Shown in pieces: positions 1 through 9,410 of a DNA stretch of 64,000 nucleotides. How positions within the stretch are numbered: the first letter of the stretch is position 1; each line of letters begins with the position of its first letter. Under the pieces are notes generated by a model. That model had not been told where the DNA came from, did not search any database, and saw only the letters and a program-made list of their open reading frames with translations. The stretch lies in IMG/VR virus record IMGVR_UViG_3300044842_000168, positions 11,135-75,134 of that record; one strand, 5' to 3'. Source of the stretch: a virus (Duplodnaviria > Caudoviricetes). The translations under genes and the position numbers were made by a program.

Positions 1-2
1 CG

Positions 3-1535
3 ACGGCAGCCGCGAAGGAGCTCACCGACATCCTCGTCAATGAGGTGTGGAAGGCGAACCAGATGGATCTGGAGGCGCCGATCGCCCACCGTGGCGCGCT
101 GGTGTGCGGGGACGCCTACCTGCTCGTGTGGCCGGGGGACGGCGACAACGGAGAGCCGCCGGTGGAGGTGTTCTTCGAGAGCGCCAAGACCATGCGGATC
201 TTCTACAGCGAGGAGGATGAGCGCACGCCGGTGTTCGCGGCGAAGATGTGGACGGAAAGCGAGGAGTTCGCAGTCCACGACGACGACAAGAGCAACCAGC
301 GCTGCCGCGTCAACCTGTACTACCCGGACCGGATTGAGATGTACATCTCCAATCCAGGTGTCGATCCGAACAAGGCAGAGAGCGATAGCGACTTCGCGCA
401 GTGGATCGAAACGCACGCCGACGACGAGGCCGAGGAACAGGAGCCGATCGACAACCCTACCGTGAGTGAGGAGCTGGTCGGCGCGCAGATGGCTTGGTAC
501 GGCACATACCAGGGCACCACCTACTCTGGTCCAGGCTCGACAATGCCCGGCCCGGACGCCTCGACGGACCCGGACCTAACCTCCAACGTGCTGGATCAAG
601 GCGGTACGGCGGTACAGGGCGATACATGGCCTGTCAAGAACCCGTTCGGCATCATCCCGGTGTTCCACCTGCGGACGGACCGCCCGTACGGCCGGCCGGT
701 GCACGCTGACGCCTACGGGCCACAGAACGCCATCACCAAGATCGCCGCGACGCAGATGAGCGCGACGGAGCTGCACGGCTTCACCCAGCGGTACATGCTG
801 ATGGAGGGGATCACCGACGACCTCTCGGACACGCCGGACTGGGACGACAACGACGCGGAAGACGGGAACGACCCGGCCCCGGAAGGTGGTCTCGCCAACC
901 GGATGGAGGGCGGCCCCGGCACGATCATCCCGCTGCACGGCGTGAAGAGCGTGGGGGAGTGGCCGGCCTCGCCGGTATCCAACTTCATCGATCCGCTGGA
1001 GTGGTGGATCAAGGCGATGTCGACGGTGACCGAGACTCCGCTGCAGTACATCGATCCGTCCGGCCAGCTGCCTTCCGGGGTGTCCCAGGCCGAGGCCAAG
1101 TCCCCGCTGATCGAGGACTGCCGTCAGCTCACGATGATGTTCACGCCGCCATGGGAAGAGGCGCTGGAGTTCGCGCTCCACATCCTCGGCCATGAGGACG
1201 CCAAGGTGCAGATCCGCTGGGCGCCAGTGAACTCGGTCCGTGACCTCGACGGTTGGCAGACCATCGAGGCACAGCAGGGAGCCGGCGTGCCGGTCCGCGA
1301 ATCCCTGATCGAGGCCGGGTATGAGGCTGAGGTCGTGGACGGCTGGATGAAGACGCTGGAGCAGAGCAACTTCAAGGGCCGCGTGGAGATACTGCAGATG
1401 ATCGCGACGGCCCTGCAGTCGCTCGGCGCGGCGGCGAGCCTCGGCGTCGTGGACGCGGCTGAGGTCAACAAGTTCGCAGCCCAGCTGCTCCAGGTGGACA
1501 TCCCCGAGGCGCCAGAGGAGGGCAGCAGTGGCTGA
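3..1535 (+). CDS. Portal protein (SPP1 gp6-like), 5' truncated by window edge
   Basis: Frame is open from nt 3; about 500 aa acidic protein with portal-like segments (HRGALVCGDAYLLVW, IIPVFHLR, W..ALEFAL, I.W.P); first gene of the head module. Confidence 0.85.
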   Translation, partial: TAAAKELTDILVNEVWKANQMDLEAPIAHRGALVCGDAYLLVWPGDGDNGEPPVEVFFESAKTMRIFYSEEDERTPVFAAKMWTESEEFAVHDDDKSNQRCRVNLYYPDRIEMYISNPGVDPNKAESDSDFAQWIETHADDEAEEQEPIDNPTVSEELVGAQMAWYGTYQGTTYSGPGSTMPGPDASTDPDLTSNVLDQGGTAVQGDTWPVKNPFGIIPVFHLRTDRPYGRPVHADAYGPQNAITKIAATQMSATELHGFTQRYMLMEGITDDLSDTPDWDDNDAEDGNDPAPEGGLANRMEGGPGTIIPLHGVKSVGEWPASPVSNFIDPLEWWIKAMSTVTETPLQYIDPSGQLPSGVSQAEAKSPLIEDCRQLTMMFTPPWEEALEFALHILGHEDAKVQIRWAPVNSVRDLDGWQTIEAQQGAGVPVRESLIEAGYEAEVVDGWMKTLEQSNFKGRVEILQMIATALQSLGAAASLGVVDAAEVNKFAAQLLQVDIPEAPEEGSSG

Positions 1536-2397
1536 GCGCGTCTATCACTGGAAGCATGGCTGGATACCGCTCACTCCTGAGGCAGCCGTCATCAAGGCGC
1601 ACGGCTCTAAGGTCGGGGCACAGAAGCTTCTGGTTGACAAGGAGGTCGCAGCCGTCGCAGCCGGCGAGAAGACGGTTGAGGAGGGCAAACGATCACTAGG
1701 CACCTTGGTGTGGAAGCCGAGTAAGCCTGGCAGGTTTGATGTACACGACCCAGAGAGCGGGAAGAAGCTCGGTACCGTCGTAAAGACGAAGCCCAACCAG
1801 TACTACGTGTTTGACTTGCAAGACAGGCGGATCTCTGAGGCGGTAGACCGCGAAGAGGCCAATCTGTATCTGCGTCCCGGTGCAGATTCGCGCGGCCGGC
1901 TTCGGGGACAAGCAGCTCTGGAGGCTACGGGGATAGGGAACAGTGCCGCCCTCGCGGAGTATCGCAAGAGCGGATACCGAACCGTCAACAAGGGACTTCG
2001 GAAGTACAAGGGTGATGCGTCGAAGATCCGCGACCCCCATACCAGGCAGCTAGTAGAGGATCTGCGGAAGGACTTCGCTGACGCCCATCCCGTCTCGGCC
2101 GATATCGCTGTGTTTCGGGGGATCAAGTATGCCGGGCTCCCCAAGGAATCCATGAAGGGTATGGAGTTCGTAGATCACGGCTTCGTCTCGACCTCGCCCA
2201 GCGCCGGACAGAGCCAGATGTGGGGACGGATGGCGGTCATGCGGATCACCGTCCCGAAGGGCACCAAGGCTGTCGCCATGGGGCACAAGATCTCTGATCC
2301 TGAGACCGAGATCCTTTTGGGTGATGGCACCAAGTTCCGCATACTCAGCGATGAGATCCTGGACGGCAAACGCACCATTGAAGCTGAGGTGATCTAG
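1528..2397 (+). CDS. ADP-ribosyltransferase (VIP2/C2/ExoS-like, R-S-E class)
   Basis: YRKSGYRTVNKGLR helix, VFRG (catalytic R), FVSTS (STS motif), PETEILL (ExE); GTG start overlaps the portal stop. Confidence 0.8.
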   Translation: MAERVYHWKHGWIPLTPEAAVIKAHGSKVGAQKLLVDKEVAAVAAGEKTVEEGKRSLGTLVWKPSKPGRFDVHDPESGKKLGTVVKTKPNQYYVFDLQDRRISEAVDREEANLYLRPGADSRGRLRGQAALEATGIGNSAALAEYRKSGYRTVNKGLRKYKGDASKIRDPHTRQLVEDLRKDFADAHPVSADIAVFRGIKYAGLPKESMKGMEFVDHGFVSTSPSAGQSQMWGRMAVMRITVPKGTKAVAMGHKISDPETEILLGDGTKFRILSDEILDGKRTIEAEVI

Positions 2398-2453
2398 ATG
2401 GATGACCGATTCACTTGGAGTATTGGTGACATCGATATCACCAAGCGACCCTG

Positions 2454-3338
2454 ATGACAACGCCGGTTGACGTCCAGGCGGCCCAGGCACAGGCGAATGC
2501 TGATGTGCGGTCCGCTGCGCTCCGTGCGCTGGAGGCGAGTGTGCTGGCCGGGTTGTTGGCCGGTGTATCCATCGCGATGATCCGGCGACAGCTGTTGGCA
2601 GCAGCGGTGATCGGGACGTTCACGCTCGGGCTCGCCCGGCCGCTGATCGGGCGAGCCTTCTCGGGCGTGGACCTCAGCGCGTTGACGGCCGGCGGCGCCT
2701 CAGCGGTAGCGCTCGGCTCCAGCTTCGGCGGCTTCGCCTCGACGACTCCACCTGATCCGCCGGACATCGTAGCGATCCTGCGCGACGCGACGGCCCGCGC
2801 CCAGGCCGCGCTCGCCGTGGGCAGGAACCCACAGGAAAGCACCCTGACAGCCACAGGGAGCCTCGAACGCGGCCTGTCGGTGGTACGGGCCTCGGTGAAC
2901 GGCTACGTGGAGCGCGCAGCCGCTAAGCCGGCGATCGACGACCCCTCGCCGGTGATCTGGGTCGCAGAGCGGGACGCCTGTGTGGTGTGCCTGGCGTACG
3001 CCGGCCAGATCTCAACGGACGGTCGGTGGCCCGGCGGTCGGAGCTTCGATCCGAAGCGAACAGTGCACAAGGGGAAGCCGTTCGAAGGGCCGCCGGCCCA
3101 CCCGCACTGCCGCTGTGATGTGCAAAAGGTCGCCTCGGTGGAAGCCGGGCGGTTCCTGGCGCGAGCGCTGGAGCGCGAGGCGCAGCGATCGATCGCGAAG
3201 GGCTGGGCGCTGCCCAGCGAGGCCGACAGCGCGTCACGGCGTCGCGCCTTGGCCCGGCTGTTGAGCGGGCCGAACCTCCTGCCCAAGAGCGTGGTGGAGG
3301 AAGCACGACGAAACATGCCAACTAAGCTCGCTGCTTAA
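2454..3338 (+). CDS. MuF-like minor head / head morphogenesis protein
   Basis: WVAERDACVVC...PPAHPHCRC signature; lies between portal and scaffold. Confidence 0.75.
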   Translation: MTTPVDVQAAQAQANADVRSAALRALEASVLAGLLAGVSIAMIRRQLLAAAVIGTFTLGLARPLIGRAFSGVDLSALTAGGASAVALGSSFGGFASTTPPDPPDIVAILRDATARAQAALAVGRNPQESTLTATGSLERGLSVVRASVNGYVERAAAKPAIDDPSPVIWVAERDACVVCLAYAGQISTDGRWPGGRSFDPKRTVHKGKPFEGPPAHPHCRCDVQKVASVEAGRFLARALEREAQRSIAKGWALPSEADSASRRRALARLLSGPNLLPKSVVEEARRNMPTKLAA

Positions 3339-3353
3339 CAGACATCTGAGGAG

Positions 3354-4244
3354 GTGGGCGGTATGCCCATTCAGGACAACGACAACCCCGGTGACGACAA
3401 CGACGACGTGGTGGACCCCGCGCTGGAAGACGACGACGAGGCCGACGACGACAACGATCTCGACGTGGACTTCGACGAGTCCGACGAGGACGAGTCGGAG
3501 GGGGACGAGGAGGACGACGGCACCGGCCCACGCAAGGCGGCCGGCCGGAAGAACTCCGGCGGCACCGGTCGGGACGAGGAGAAGTCGCCGGAGCAGCTCA
3601 AGAAGGAGCTGGACGCCACCCGGGCCAAGCTCGCCAAGTCGCGCCGGGAGCAGACGCGGTGGAAGAACCGCGCCCAGGCGAAGGACACCAAGGCCACGGA
3701 CGGCCGGGAGCCCACGGCCGGCGACAAGCGCGCCGTCAAGGCGGTCGTGGCCAAGGGCGGTACGGACGCCGAGGCGCGGGAGAAGGGTGCCGAGCGCGGC
3801 CTGACCCGTGAGGACGTCGCGGAGATGATCGCCGAGGCGCGGGAGACCGAGGCGCGCAAGGCGGCGGAGAAGTACAAGCCCGTGGCGATCCGTTCCGAGG
3901 CCAAGGACCTGCTGACCGACGCCGGCTACAAGTTCGGCAGCGCCGAGGACCGTGACCGCCGGCTGGACCGCGCGCTCAAGCTGATCGACATGGATCAGGT
4001 CGAGGTGGACGACGACGGCACCGTGCTCGGCCTGGAAGACGAGATCGACAAGCTGCGGGACGACTGGCCGGAGCTGTTCGCGGACGAAACCGAGGAGGAG
4101 CCGGAGCCGGTGAAGCCGGCCGCGCGGCGCCGCGTCGCGCCGCGCATCAACGGTCGGGCCGGCCGCGCGGCGCGCGCCTCAACCCGTGAGTTGAGCGCGA
4201 GCGAGGGACAGCTGGCCTACCTCCGGGGGCACGGACAGCGGTAG
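3354..4244 (+). CDS. Capsid scaffolding protein
   Basis: Acidic disordered N-terminus, coiled coil, LDRALKLIDMDQV...IDKLRDDWPELF motif; directly before the capsid gene. Confidence 0.7.
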   Translation: MGGMPIQDNDNPGDDNDDVVDPALEDDDEADDDNDLDVDFDESDEDESEGDEEDDGTGPRKAAGRKNSGGTGRDEEKSPEQLKKELDATRAKLAKSRREQTRWKNRAQAKDTKATDGREPTAGDKRAVKAVVAKGGTDAEAREKGAERGLTREDVAEMIAEARETEARKAAEKYKPVAIRSEAKDLLTDAGYKFGSAEDRDRRLDRALKLIDMDQVEVDDDGTVLGLEDEIDKLRDDWPELFADETEEEPEPVKPAARRRVAPRINGRAGRAARASTRELSASEGQLAYLRGHGQR

Positions 4245-4263
4245 CTACAACACGAGCGCGCCT

Positions 4264-4299
4264 GAGCCGAGCGGGAAGAGTGGCGTTCCCGCTCGGCTC
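4264..4299 (+). terminator. 14-bp stem hairpin between scaffold and capsid genes
   Basis: GAGCCGAGCGGGAA-gagtggcg-TTCCCGCTCGGCTC perfect inverted repeat. Confidence 0.6.
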
Positions 4300-4411
4300 G
4301 CCAGTAAGTATCTGAACTCCAGTAGTACTATCCCGCAAGAGTGCTACCCACGAGACTCCCGGTAGGGAGTTGGGGCCGAAAGATGACTCCAACAACCGAA
4401 AGGAGCTGGGC

Positions 4412-5365
4412 ATGACCGCCCAGGATTTCTCCAGCTGGATCGCTGAGGAGAAGGGCTCCGACGTTCTCCAGCAGATCATGTTCACCTCCGTCATGGAGCG
4501 GATCGGCGCGCACGTGCCCATGCGTACCAACAAGTTCGACGTCCCGCGTGACGGCGGCGTGTCGGTGGGCGTCGTGGCCAAGTCCGCCTCGTACTCCGAG
4601 AGCACCGCCAACAACGACGACATCGTGCTGACGGCCACCAAGTTCGGCTCGGCGGTCCGGATCGCCGAGGAGGACATCGAAGACACCTCGATCGACATCC
4701 TCACCATCAAGAAGAAGGCGTGGGCGCGCCAGTACGCCAAGATGTTCGACAACGCCTGCCTCGGTACCACGGCGGCGGTCGGCGCGGGCGTACCGTTCAC
4801 CTCGCTGTACCTGGCGCTGAAGTCGGCCGACAGCAACGCCGGCTACTCCGCCAACGCCAACTACACCTCGGCGGCGCCGTCCGCGTTCGGCTACACCAAC
4901 CTGTCCAACGTGATGGGCCTGGTGGAGTCCGGCAACTTCTTCGACGACGGCCAGATGTGCTGGATCGCGCACCCGGCCTTCAAGGCGTACGTCCGGAACA
5001 TCACCGGCCTCACCTACAACGGTGCGGCCTCGGGTACGACCTCGAACGGCATGCCGGTGTTCGTGGACGGCCGGGAGGGCGACGGCCTGCCGCCGACCAT
5101 CCTGGGCTACCCGGTGTACTGGACCCAGGGGGCCAAGACCTCGGCCACCGCGCTGAGCAACCCGGGCGGGAACAGCCTGCTGTTCTTCGTCAACAAGGAC
5201 TACCTCATCGTGGGCGACCGGACCCCGGTGGAGTCGATGGTGGCCGGCGCGGACTCGGGGCCGGCGTTCCTGACGGACGAGGCGCTGCTCAAGGTCCGCA
5301 CCCGCAAGGGCTACGGCACCGGCTTCCCGCAGGCCGCGTCCGTCCTGGAGCTGATCGGCGGCTAA
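4412..5365 (+). CDS. Major capsid protein (HK97 fold)
   Basis: AAGGAG RBS then ATG at 4412; WIAEE...SVMERI, K(F)GSAVRIAEEDIEDT, PTILGYPV, FLTDEALLKVRTRKGY are typical actinophage capsid motifs. Confidence 0.85.
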   Translation: MTAQDFSSWIAEEKGSDVLQQIMFTSVMERIGAHVPMRTNKFDVPRDGGVSVGVVAKSASYSESTANNDDIVLTATKFGSAVRIAEEDIEDTSIDILTIKKKAWARQYAKMFDNACLGTTAAVGAGVPFTSLYLALKSADSNAGYSANANYTSAAPSAFGYTNLSNVMGLVESGNFFDDGQMCWIAHPAFKAYVRNITGLTYNGAASGTTSNGMPVFVDGREGDGLPPTILGYPVYWTQGAKTSATALSNPGGNSLLFFVNKDYLIVGDRTPVESMVAGADSGPAFLTDEALLKVRTRKGYGTGFPQAASVLELIGG

Positions 5366-5385
5366 GGGTAACCTCGGCTCGTAGG

Positions 5386-5415
5386 CGGCCGGGCCAGCGA
5401 TCGCTGGCCCGGCCG
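5386..5415. terminator. Perfect 30-bp palindrome after capsid gene
   Basis: CGGCCGGGCCAGCGA|TCGCTGGCCCGGCCG. Confidence 0.65.
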
Positions 5416-5437
5416 TTCGTCTAGGAGGGGAAGAAGC

Positions 5438-5908
5438 ATGGCAGCGAAGGCGAAGTCCACCACCACCAAGAAGCGCGTCAGCACCAACTCGGCGGAGTTC
5501 GAGCGGGACGTCGAGGCGCGGCACGGCGACAAGTCGGCCTACAAGCCGGGTCGGTACACCCGGGTGTTCGAGGTCGTGGAGAACGGTATCCCGCTCGTGG
5601 ACCACGACCACCAGGCCAACAAGGCGTTCCTCGTGGAGGAGGCGCGTAACAAGGGCGTCCGGGTCACCGCCATCGACGACGTGACGCTGGACGAGGACGA
5701 GTACCTGGACAATGGCAAGCGGCGCCTGGTGTACTCCGGCCCGGTCGCCGAGGTCATGCCGGTGGAGCAGCGCTCGGCCGAGGAGGACAAGGAGACCGAT
5801 CCGCTGGACCCGATGATGATGGTCTCGCACGACGCCAACCCGAAGCCGGGCGAGGGCCAGATGGGCCAGGAGCTGGACCCGGCGGCCGTCGCGAAGAAGA
5901 AGGCCTGA
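5438..5908 (+). CDS. Hypothetical virion-module protein
   Basis: GGAGG RBS, high-GC3 codon usage, between capsid and adaptor. Confidence 0.6.
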   Translation: MAAKAKSTTTKKRVSTNSAEFERDVEARHGDKSAYKPGRYTRVFEVVENGIPLVDHDHQANKAFLVEEARNKGVRVTAIDDVTLDEDEYLDNGKRRLVYSGPVAEVMPVEQRSAEEDKETDPLDPMMMVSHDANPKPGEGQMGQELDPAAVAKKKA

Positions 5909-5914
5909 CACGAC

Positions 5915-6646
5915 ATGGTATCGGCGGCACAGGGCACGACCGTCACGGTCGGGGCTTCCTACACCGATGGTGTGGGTGGGCCGCCGATCGATGTATCGGG
6001 TCTGGAGATCACGATCGGTGGCGGGGCAGGGATCGGGCCGACCTCGGCCGGCATCGTCCACCCCGCCACCGGGCAGTACACCTACAGCTGGGCGATCCCG
6101 GCCGACCAGACGCCGGGGAACTACCCGGTGTCTTGGACCTCAGATCAGCCGGAGGTTGACGACGTCATCGCCGTGGTGGCAACTGTGGCGAGCGTTGGAA
6201 TGACATGGGCTACTGTGGCTGACGTCGCCAACCTCACTGGCAAGGTCGTCACGGTCCAGACGCTGATGATGGCACAGGGCGTGATCGACCTCCACTCCGA
6301 GACGACAACCAACGCTCGCATCAACATCCGACCCCGTGACAAGTGGAGGCTGATGCAGGCGGTAGCCTACCAGGCGGCCTGGCTCAGCTCCGCGCCCGAC
6401 GCCTTCACTCGTAACGAGATCAGCTCCGCCGGCCACGCCGCAACGTCGTTCTCCTTTGTGGACGCGGAGTCGGTCACGCTGGCGCCGCTGGCGAAGCGCG
6501 CGCTATCCAAGCTGAGTTGGAAGCGCTCGCGCTCGGTGCGTATCCGGATGCAGCGGCGCGGCGGCCTGTCGCTCCGGCAGCGCTGGTACGACATGGAGCA
6601 TGACACCGGGGACTACGAAAGCTCCGCCTACTGGACACCGATGTAG
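5915..6646 (+). CDS. Head-to-tail adaptor with N-terminal Ig-like domain
   Basis: Beta-rich N-terminus (GQYTYSW...GNYPVSW); C-terminal WATVADVANLTG...AVAYQAAW...LAPLAKRAL adaptor-like domain; synteny. Confidence 0.6.
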   Translation: MVSAAQGTTVTVGASYTDGVGGPPIDVSGLEITIGGGAGIGPTSAGIVHPATGQYTYSWAIPADQTPGNYPVSWTSDQPEVDDVIAVVATVASVGMTWATVADVANLTGKVVTVQTLMMAQGVIDLHSETTTNARINIRPRDKWRLMQAVAYQAAWLSSAPDAFTRNEISSAGHAATSFSFVDAESVTLAPLAKRALSKLSWKRSRSVRIRMQRRGGLSLRQRWYDMEHDTGDYESSAYWTPM

Positions 6647-6648
6647 CC

Positions 6649-7005
6649 ATGTACGCCACTGCGACGACGACAGCCAGCATCTACAATGACGACGCGACGA
6701 CCATGGACGTCTACAACTACGGGACGGCCGACGACAACACGTTCCCGGCTGCTACTGGCGTGATCATGTTCTTGCTGGAGGAGAGCCAGAATGCCTCCGA
6801 TCCGGCCTCGCGCGAGCCGCGCGTGATCCGGAGCGCTACCGGCCGGCTCCCCTCGGCGTACGCGGGCATGGTTCACTCCGGCACCACCCGTATCAAGGAC
6901 GAACGGACCGGGGTGTTCTGGCGGGTCAAGTCGGTGGCCCACACGACCTCGCCGGTCATCGACTCTGACGTTGAGCTCACCCTAGACGCAGTTGATGCAG
7001 CGTAG
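6649..7005 (+). CDS. Head-to-tail stopper
   Basis: 118 aa after the adaptor; RIKDERTG..WRV..V; synteny. Confidence 0.55.
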   Translation: MYATATTTASIYNDDATTMDVYNYGTADDNTFPAATGVIMFLLEESQNASDPASREPRVIRSATGRLPSAYAGMVHSGTTRIKDERTGVFWRVKSVAHTTSPVIDSDVELTLDAVDAA

Positions 7006-7064
7006 TACCGTCGAAGACGCGAGCACGGCCGCTCGCCTTCGGTTGGATCCTGTTGGTTGCCTGT

Positions 7065-7101
7065 GAACAGCCCCGCTCCTGTGGAGGGAGCGGGGCTGTT
7101 C
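7065..7101. terminator. 15-bp stem hairpin
   Basis: GAACAGCCCCGCTCC-tgtggag-GGAGCGGGGCTGTTC. Confidence 0.65.
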
Positions 7102-7200
7102 CGTATCCGGTCCCACCACGTAAGATCACCCTCATAAGCGGTCCGGAGAGGGCCGTACAGCGCATGGCAAGGCTTCCCGGCCGGAGAGGGTGGGGTGAGG

Positions 7201-7566
7201 ATGTCGCACACGTCGGTGCCAAATCCGGCCGCCCACGACTGGGTGCTGAAGGTGGGCAACGAGAAGCTCCTGGACCCCACTTCGTCGGCTGTCTTCATCG
7301 TCGCCAGGGCCAGTGCTCCAGTGAAGTACGGCGACCTCGTGGCCAAGATGTACAACGAGCGCGTGGACGACCGGACGCGGCGGATCGGCTCCCGCTCGAA
7401 CCACACGCTGGTCACGGAGTTGGGCTCCCGTCCGCACGCCATCGACTCGCACGGCCGATACCCGCTCCGCAACCGCGAGACGGGACAGGTGTTCGGCCGC
7501 CACGTCAACCACCCGGGGACGCGCGCACAGCCGTTCCTCCGGCCGGCTCTGTACTCACAGCGATGA
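7201..7566 (+). CDS. HK97 gp10-like neck / tail completion protein
   Basis: APVKYGDL, ELGSRPHAI, VNHPGTRAQPFLRPAL family motifs. Confidence 0.75.
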   Translation: MSHTSVPNPAAHDWVLKVGNEKLLDPTSSAVFIVARASAPVKYGDLVAKMYNERVDDRTRRIGSRSNHTLVTELGSRPHAIDSHGRYPLRNRETGQVFGRHVNHPGTRAQPFLRPALYSQR

Positions 7567-8042
7567 CCACGCCTGTTCTGCGCCCAACGCCTGAGCTGGT
7601 GGCTCAGGCGTTGGTGCGTACCTTCGCGAACATCCCGACCTCCATTGTAGGGATGGACCTCCCGCAGAACACCTCTAAGTGGGTCCAGTACGGCTTTGTG
7701 GAGCTGTCGCTGCTGAGCGGATCACTGTTCTCTCCGGAGCTGTCGGGCCGGCGGTCGATCATCTCGGTGGACTGCTGGGGAATCCGGAGCGTCAACACCC
7801 TCAAGCCGGACTGGGGTAAGGCGGCTGTGTTGGCTGAGAACGTCTGGCGCGGCTGCTCGGATCACCGAGCGGTCGCCGTGACGCTCTCGCCTGGCCCGAA
7901 CTACCCTGACGCGCGGGTGCTGAGCGCGTTCCCGATGAACGAGCCGGTGCGCCGGCCGAGCGCGACCCCCGGCCCCGGGGACCAGGCAGCCTGGGCCCAC
8001 ATAGGTTTCGAGATGGTCATGAACTGGGTGGCCCTCTCGTGA
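7563..8042 (+). CDS. Tail terminator protein
   Basis: ATGA overlap at 7563 (MTTPVLRPTPELVAQAL); ISVDCWG motif; directly before the major tail gene. Confidence 0.65.
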   Translation: MTTPVLRPTPELVAQALVRTFANIPTSIVGMDLPQNTSKWVQYGFVELSLLSGSLFSPELSGRRSIISVDCWGIRSVNTLKPDWGKAAVLAENVWRGCSDHRAVAVTLSPGPNYPDARVLSAFPMNEPVRRPSATPGPGDQAAWAHIGFEMVMNWVALS

Positions 8043-8115
8043 GCACCATCACCAGCCAAGAGGCTCCCGGTAGGGAGATGGCGTTAACAGACCCGTCGAG
8101 GACGAGGAGCCTCAA

Positions 8116-8709
8116 GTGAGCAACAACCCGAACGCTGTCACCGCCGGCAACCTCGCCCTGGGGCCGGCGGACCTCTACTGGGCCAACTTCGACATCACCG
8201 GCGCCAACGAGCCCACCGACAACTCGGTGACCGGCGCGCCGCCCTCGGGCTGGAACGGCTTCGGCGGCACCAACAACGGTGTCACCTGGACCGTCACGCC
8301 CACCTACAAGGAACTGGTCGTGGACCAGATCGTGTACGACGTGGAGCGCCGGCTCACCAACGTCCAGCTCACCGTCGCCACGCAGCTGGCCGAGGTCACC
8401 CTCACCAACTACGGCGCCACGCTGAACTCCTCGGCGCTGGTGACCGCCGCGACGACCGGTGCACCGGGGACGTTCGAGCCGTCGCTGGCGAACAGCGGTG
8501 CGACCCCCAGCTACATCTCCATCATGGTGGACGGGTGGGGGCCCAACGGGAAGCGCCGTCGCGTCATCGTCCGGAAGTGCCTGTCCACGGCGGCGGTCGG
8601 AACCGCCGACAGCAAGGACGGGCAGAAGGTGTTCCCGGTGACGTGGATGGCGCACTACGTCAGCTCGACCCGAGCACCGTACCGAATCATCGACGCGCCG
8701 GGCGCGTAG
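8116..8709 (+). CDS. Major tail protein
   Basis: NLALGPADLY, FGGTNNGV, DQI..DV, LAEVTLTN, RRVIVRKCLS are siphovirus tail tube motifs. Confidence 0.8.
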   Translation: MSNNPNAVTAGNLALGPADLYWANFDITGANEPTDNSVTGAPPSGWNGFGGTNNGVTWTVTPTYKELVVDQIVYDVERRLTNVQLTVATQLAEVTLTNYGATLNSSALVTAATTGAPGTFEPSLANSGATPSYISIMVDGWGPNGKRRRVIVRKCLSTAAVGTADSKDGQKVFPVTWMAHYVSSTRAPYRIIDAPGA

Positions 8710-8776
8710 GCTCCCGGCGACCGTCCGGAGAGGACGGTCAAACAACCCATACGCATCCTGGAGAGGGAGCGACGCC

Positions 8777-9121
8777 ATGCCGATCATCGATCTGGATCCG
8801 CCGCCGATGGACGCCGATGCTGACGCCGAGGCTCCGACTCGGCCGCGCGACCCGCTGTTCAAGGTGGAGGGCAAGGTCTACACCATCGTCAGATCCTTCA
8901 CGGCGGCAGAGTGCCTGCGAGCCCTGGAGATCATGGTCAGTGTCAGCTACAGTGCGTCGCTCATCTACCTGATGAAGACAGCGCTGGGGGAGGACGGCTG
9001 GCAGGCACTGAAGAATGCCGAGTCCATGACCCCCGAGCAGTACACGCAGATCGTGGACATCATCAAGGCCAAGTCGGTCGCGACGTCGAAGCTGATGGCG
9101 GGAAACTCGAACGGCAGCTGA
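8777..9121 (+). CDS. Tail assembly chaperone, short form
   Basis: Between major tail and tape measure; ends just after the slippery site. Confidence 0.8.
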   Translation: MPIIDLDPPPMDADADAEAPTRPRDPLFKVEGKVYTIVRSFTAAECLRALEIMVSVSYSASLIYLMKTALGEDGWQALKNAESMTPEQYTQIVDIIKAKSVATSKLMAGNSNGS

Positions 9122-9399
9122 GAAGTGTGGCCTGGATACCGCTGCTCCTGGACGATGTGGAGTCGGACATGAGCGTGTACCACCGGGTCGATGACATCTT
9201 CCAGCTGCCGGGGCCCAAGTTCATCCGGCTGGCCGAGCGCCTGCCGAACTATGAGGGGAGCGTGAGAGCGACGATGCGCCGGTTGAGCGAGGAGGTTGAG
9301 GCCGCGCCGGCTCCGGCCGCCGTCATCACGCCGGAGTCGGCCGCGAGCCTGCCCACGCTCCCAGGAATGCCGCCTCTGTTCGAGTTCAATGCCGCGTAG
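8777..9399 (+). CDS. Tail assembly chaperone, long form via -1 frameshift at G GGA AAC (9100-9106)
   Basis: In-frame XXXYYYZ heptamer; the -1 frame continues WIPLLLDDVESDMSVYHRVDD...RLAERLPNYEGSVRA to 9399. Confidence 0.85.
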
Positions 9400-9410
9400 G
9401 GAGGTGAGCG

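Noticed and set aside
731-745. Self-target of array unit 3 in the portal gene (gcc atc acc aag)
   Set aside because: Only three consecutive dinucleotides fit the NNn pattern and the flanks mismatch, which is expected by chance.
4328-6061. Long antisense ORFs (4328-6061, 18082-18876, 23734-24987, 30163-31650, 56580-57638 and others)
   Set aside because: Shadow frames of real genes in a high-GC genome; no motifs.
7053-7562. Upstream extensions of ORFs 7053-8042, 14531-16690, 16561-17247 and 4370-5365
   Set aside because: They overlap real upstream genes; better starts with RBS or start/stop coupling are at 7563, 14738, 16690 and 4412.
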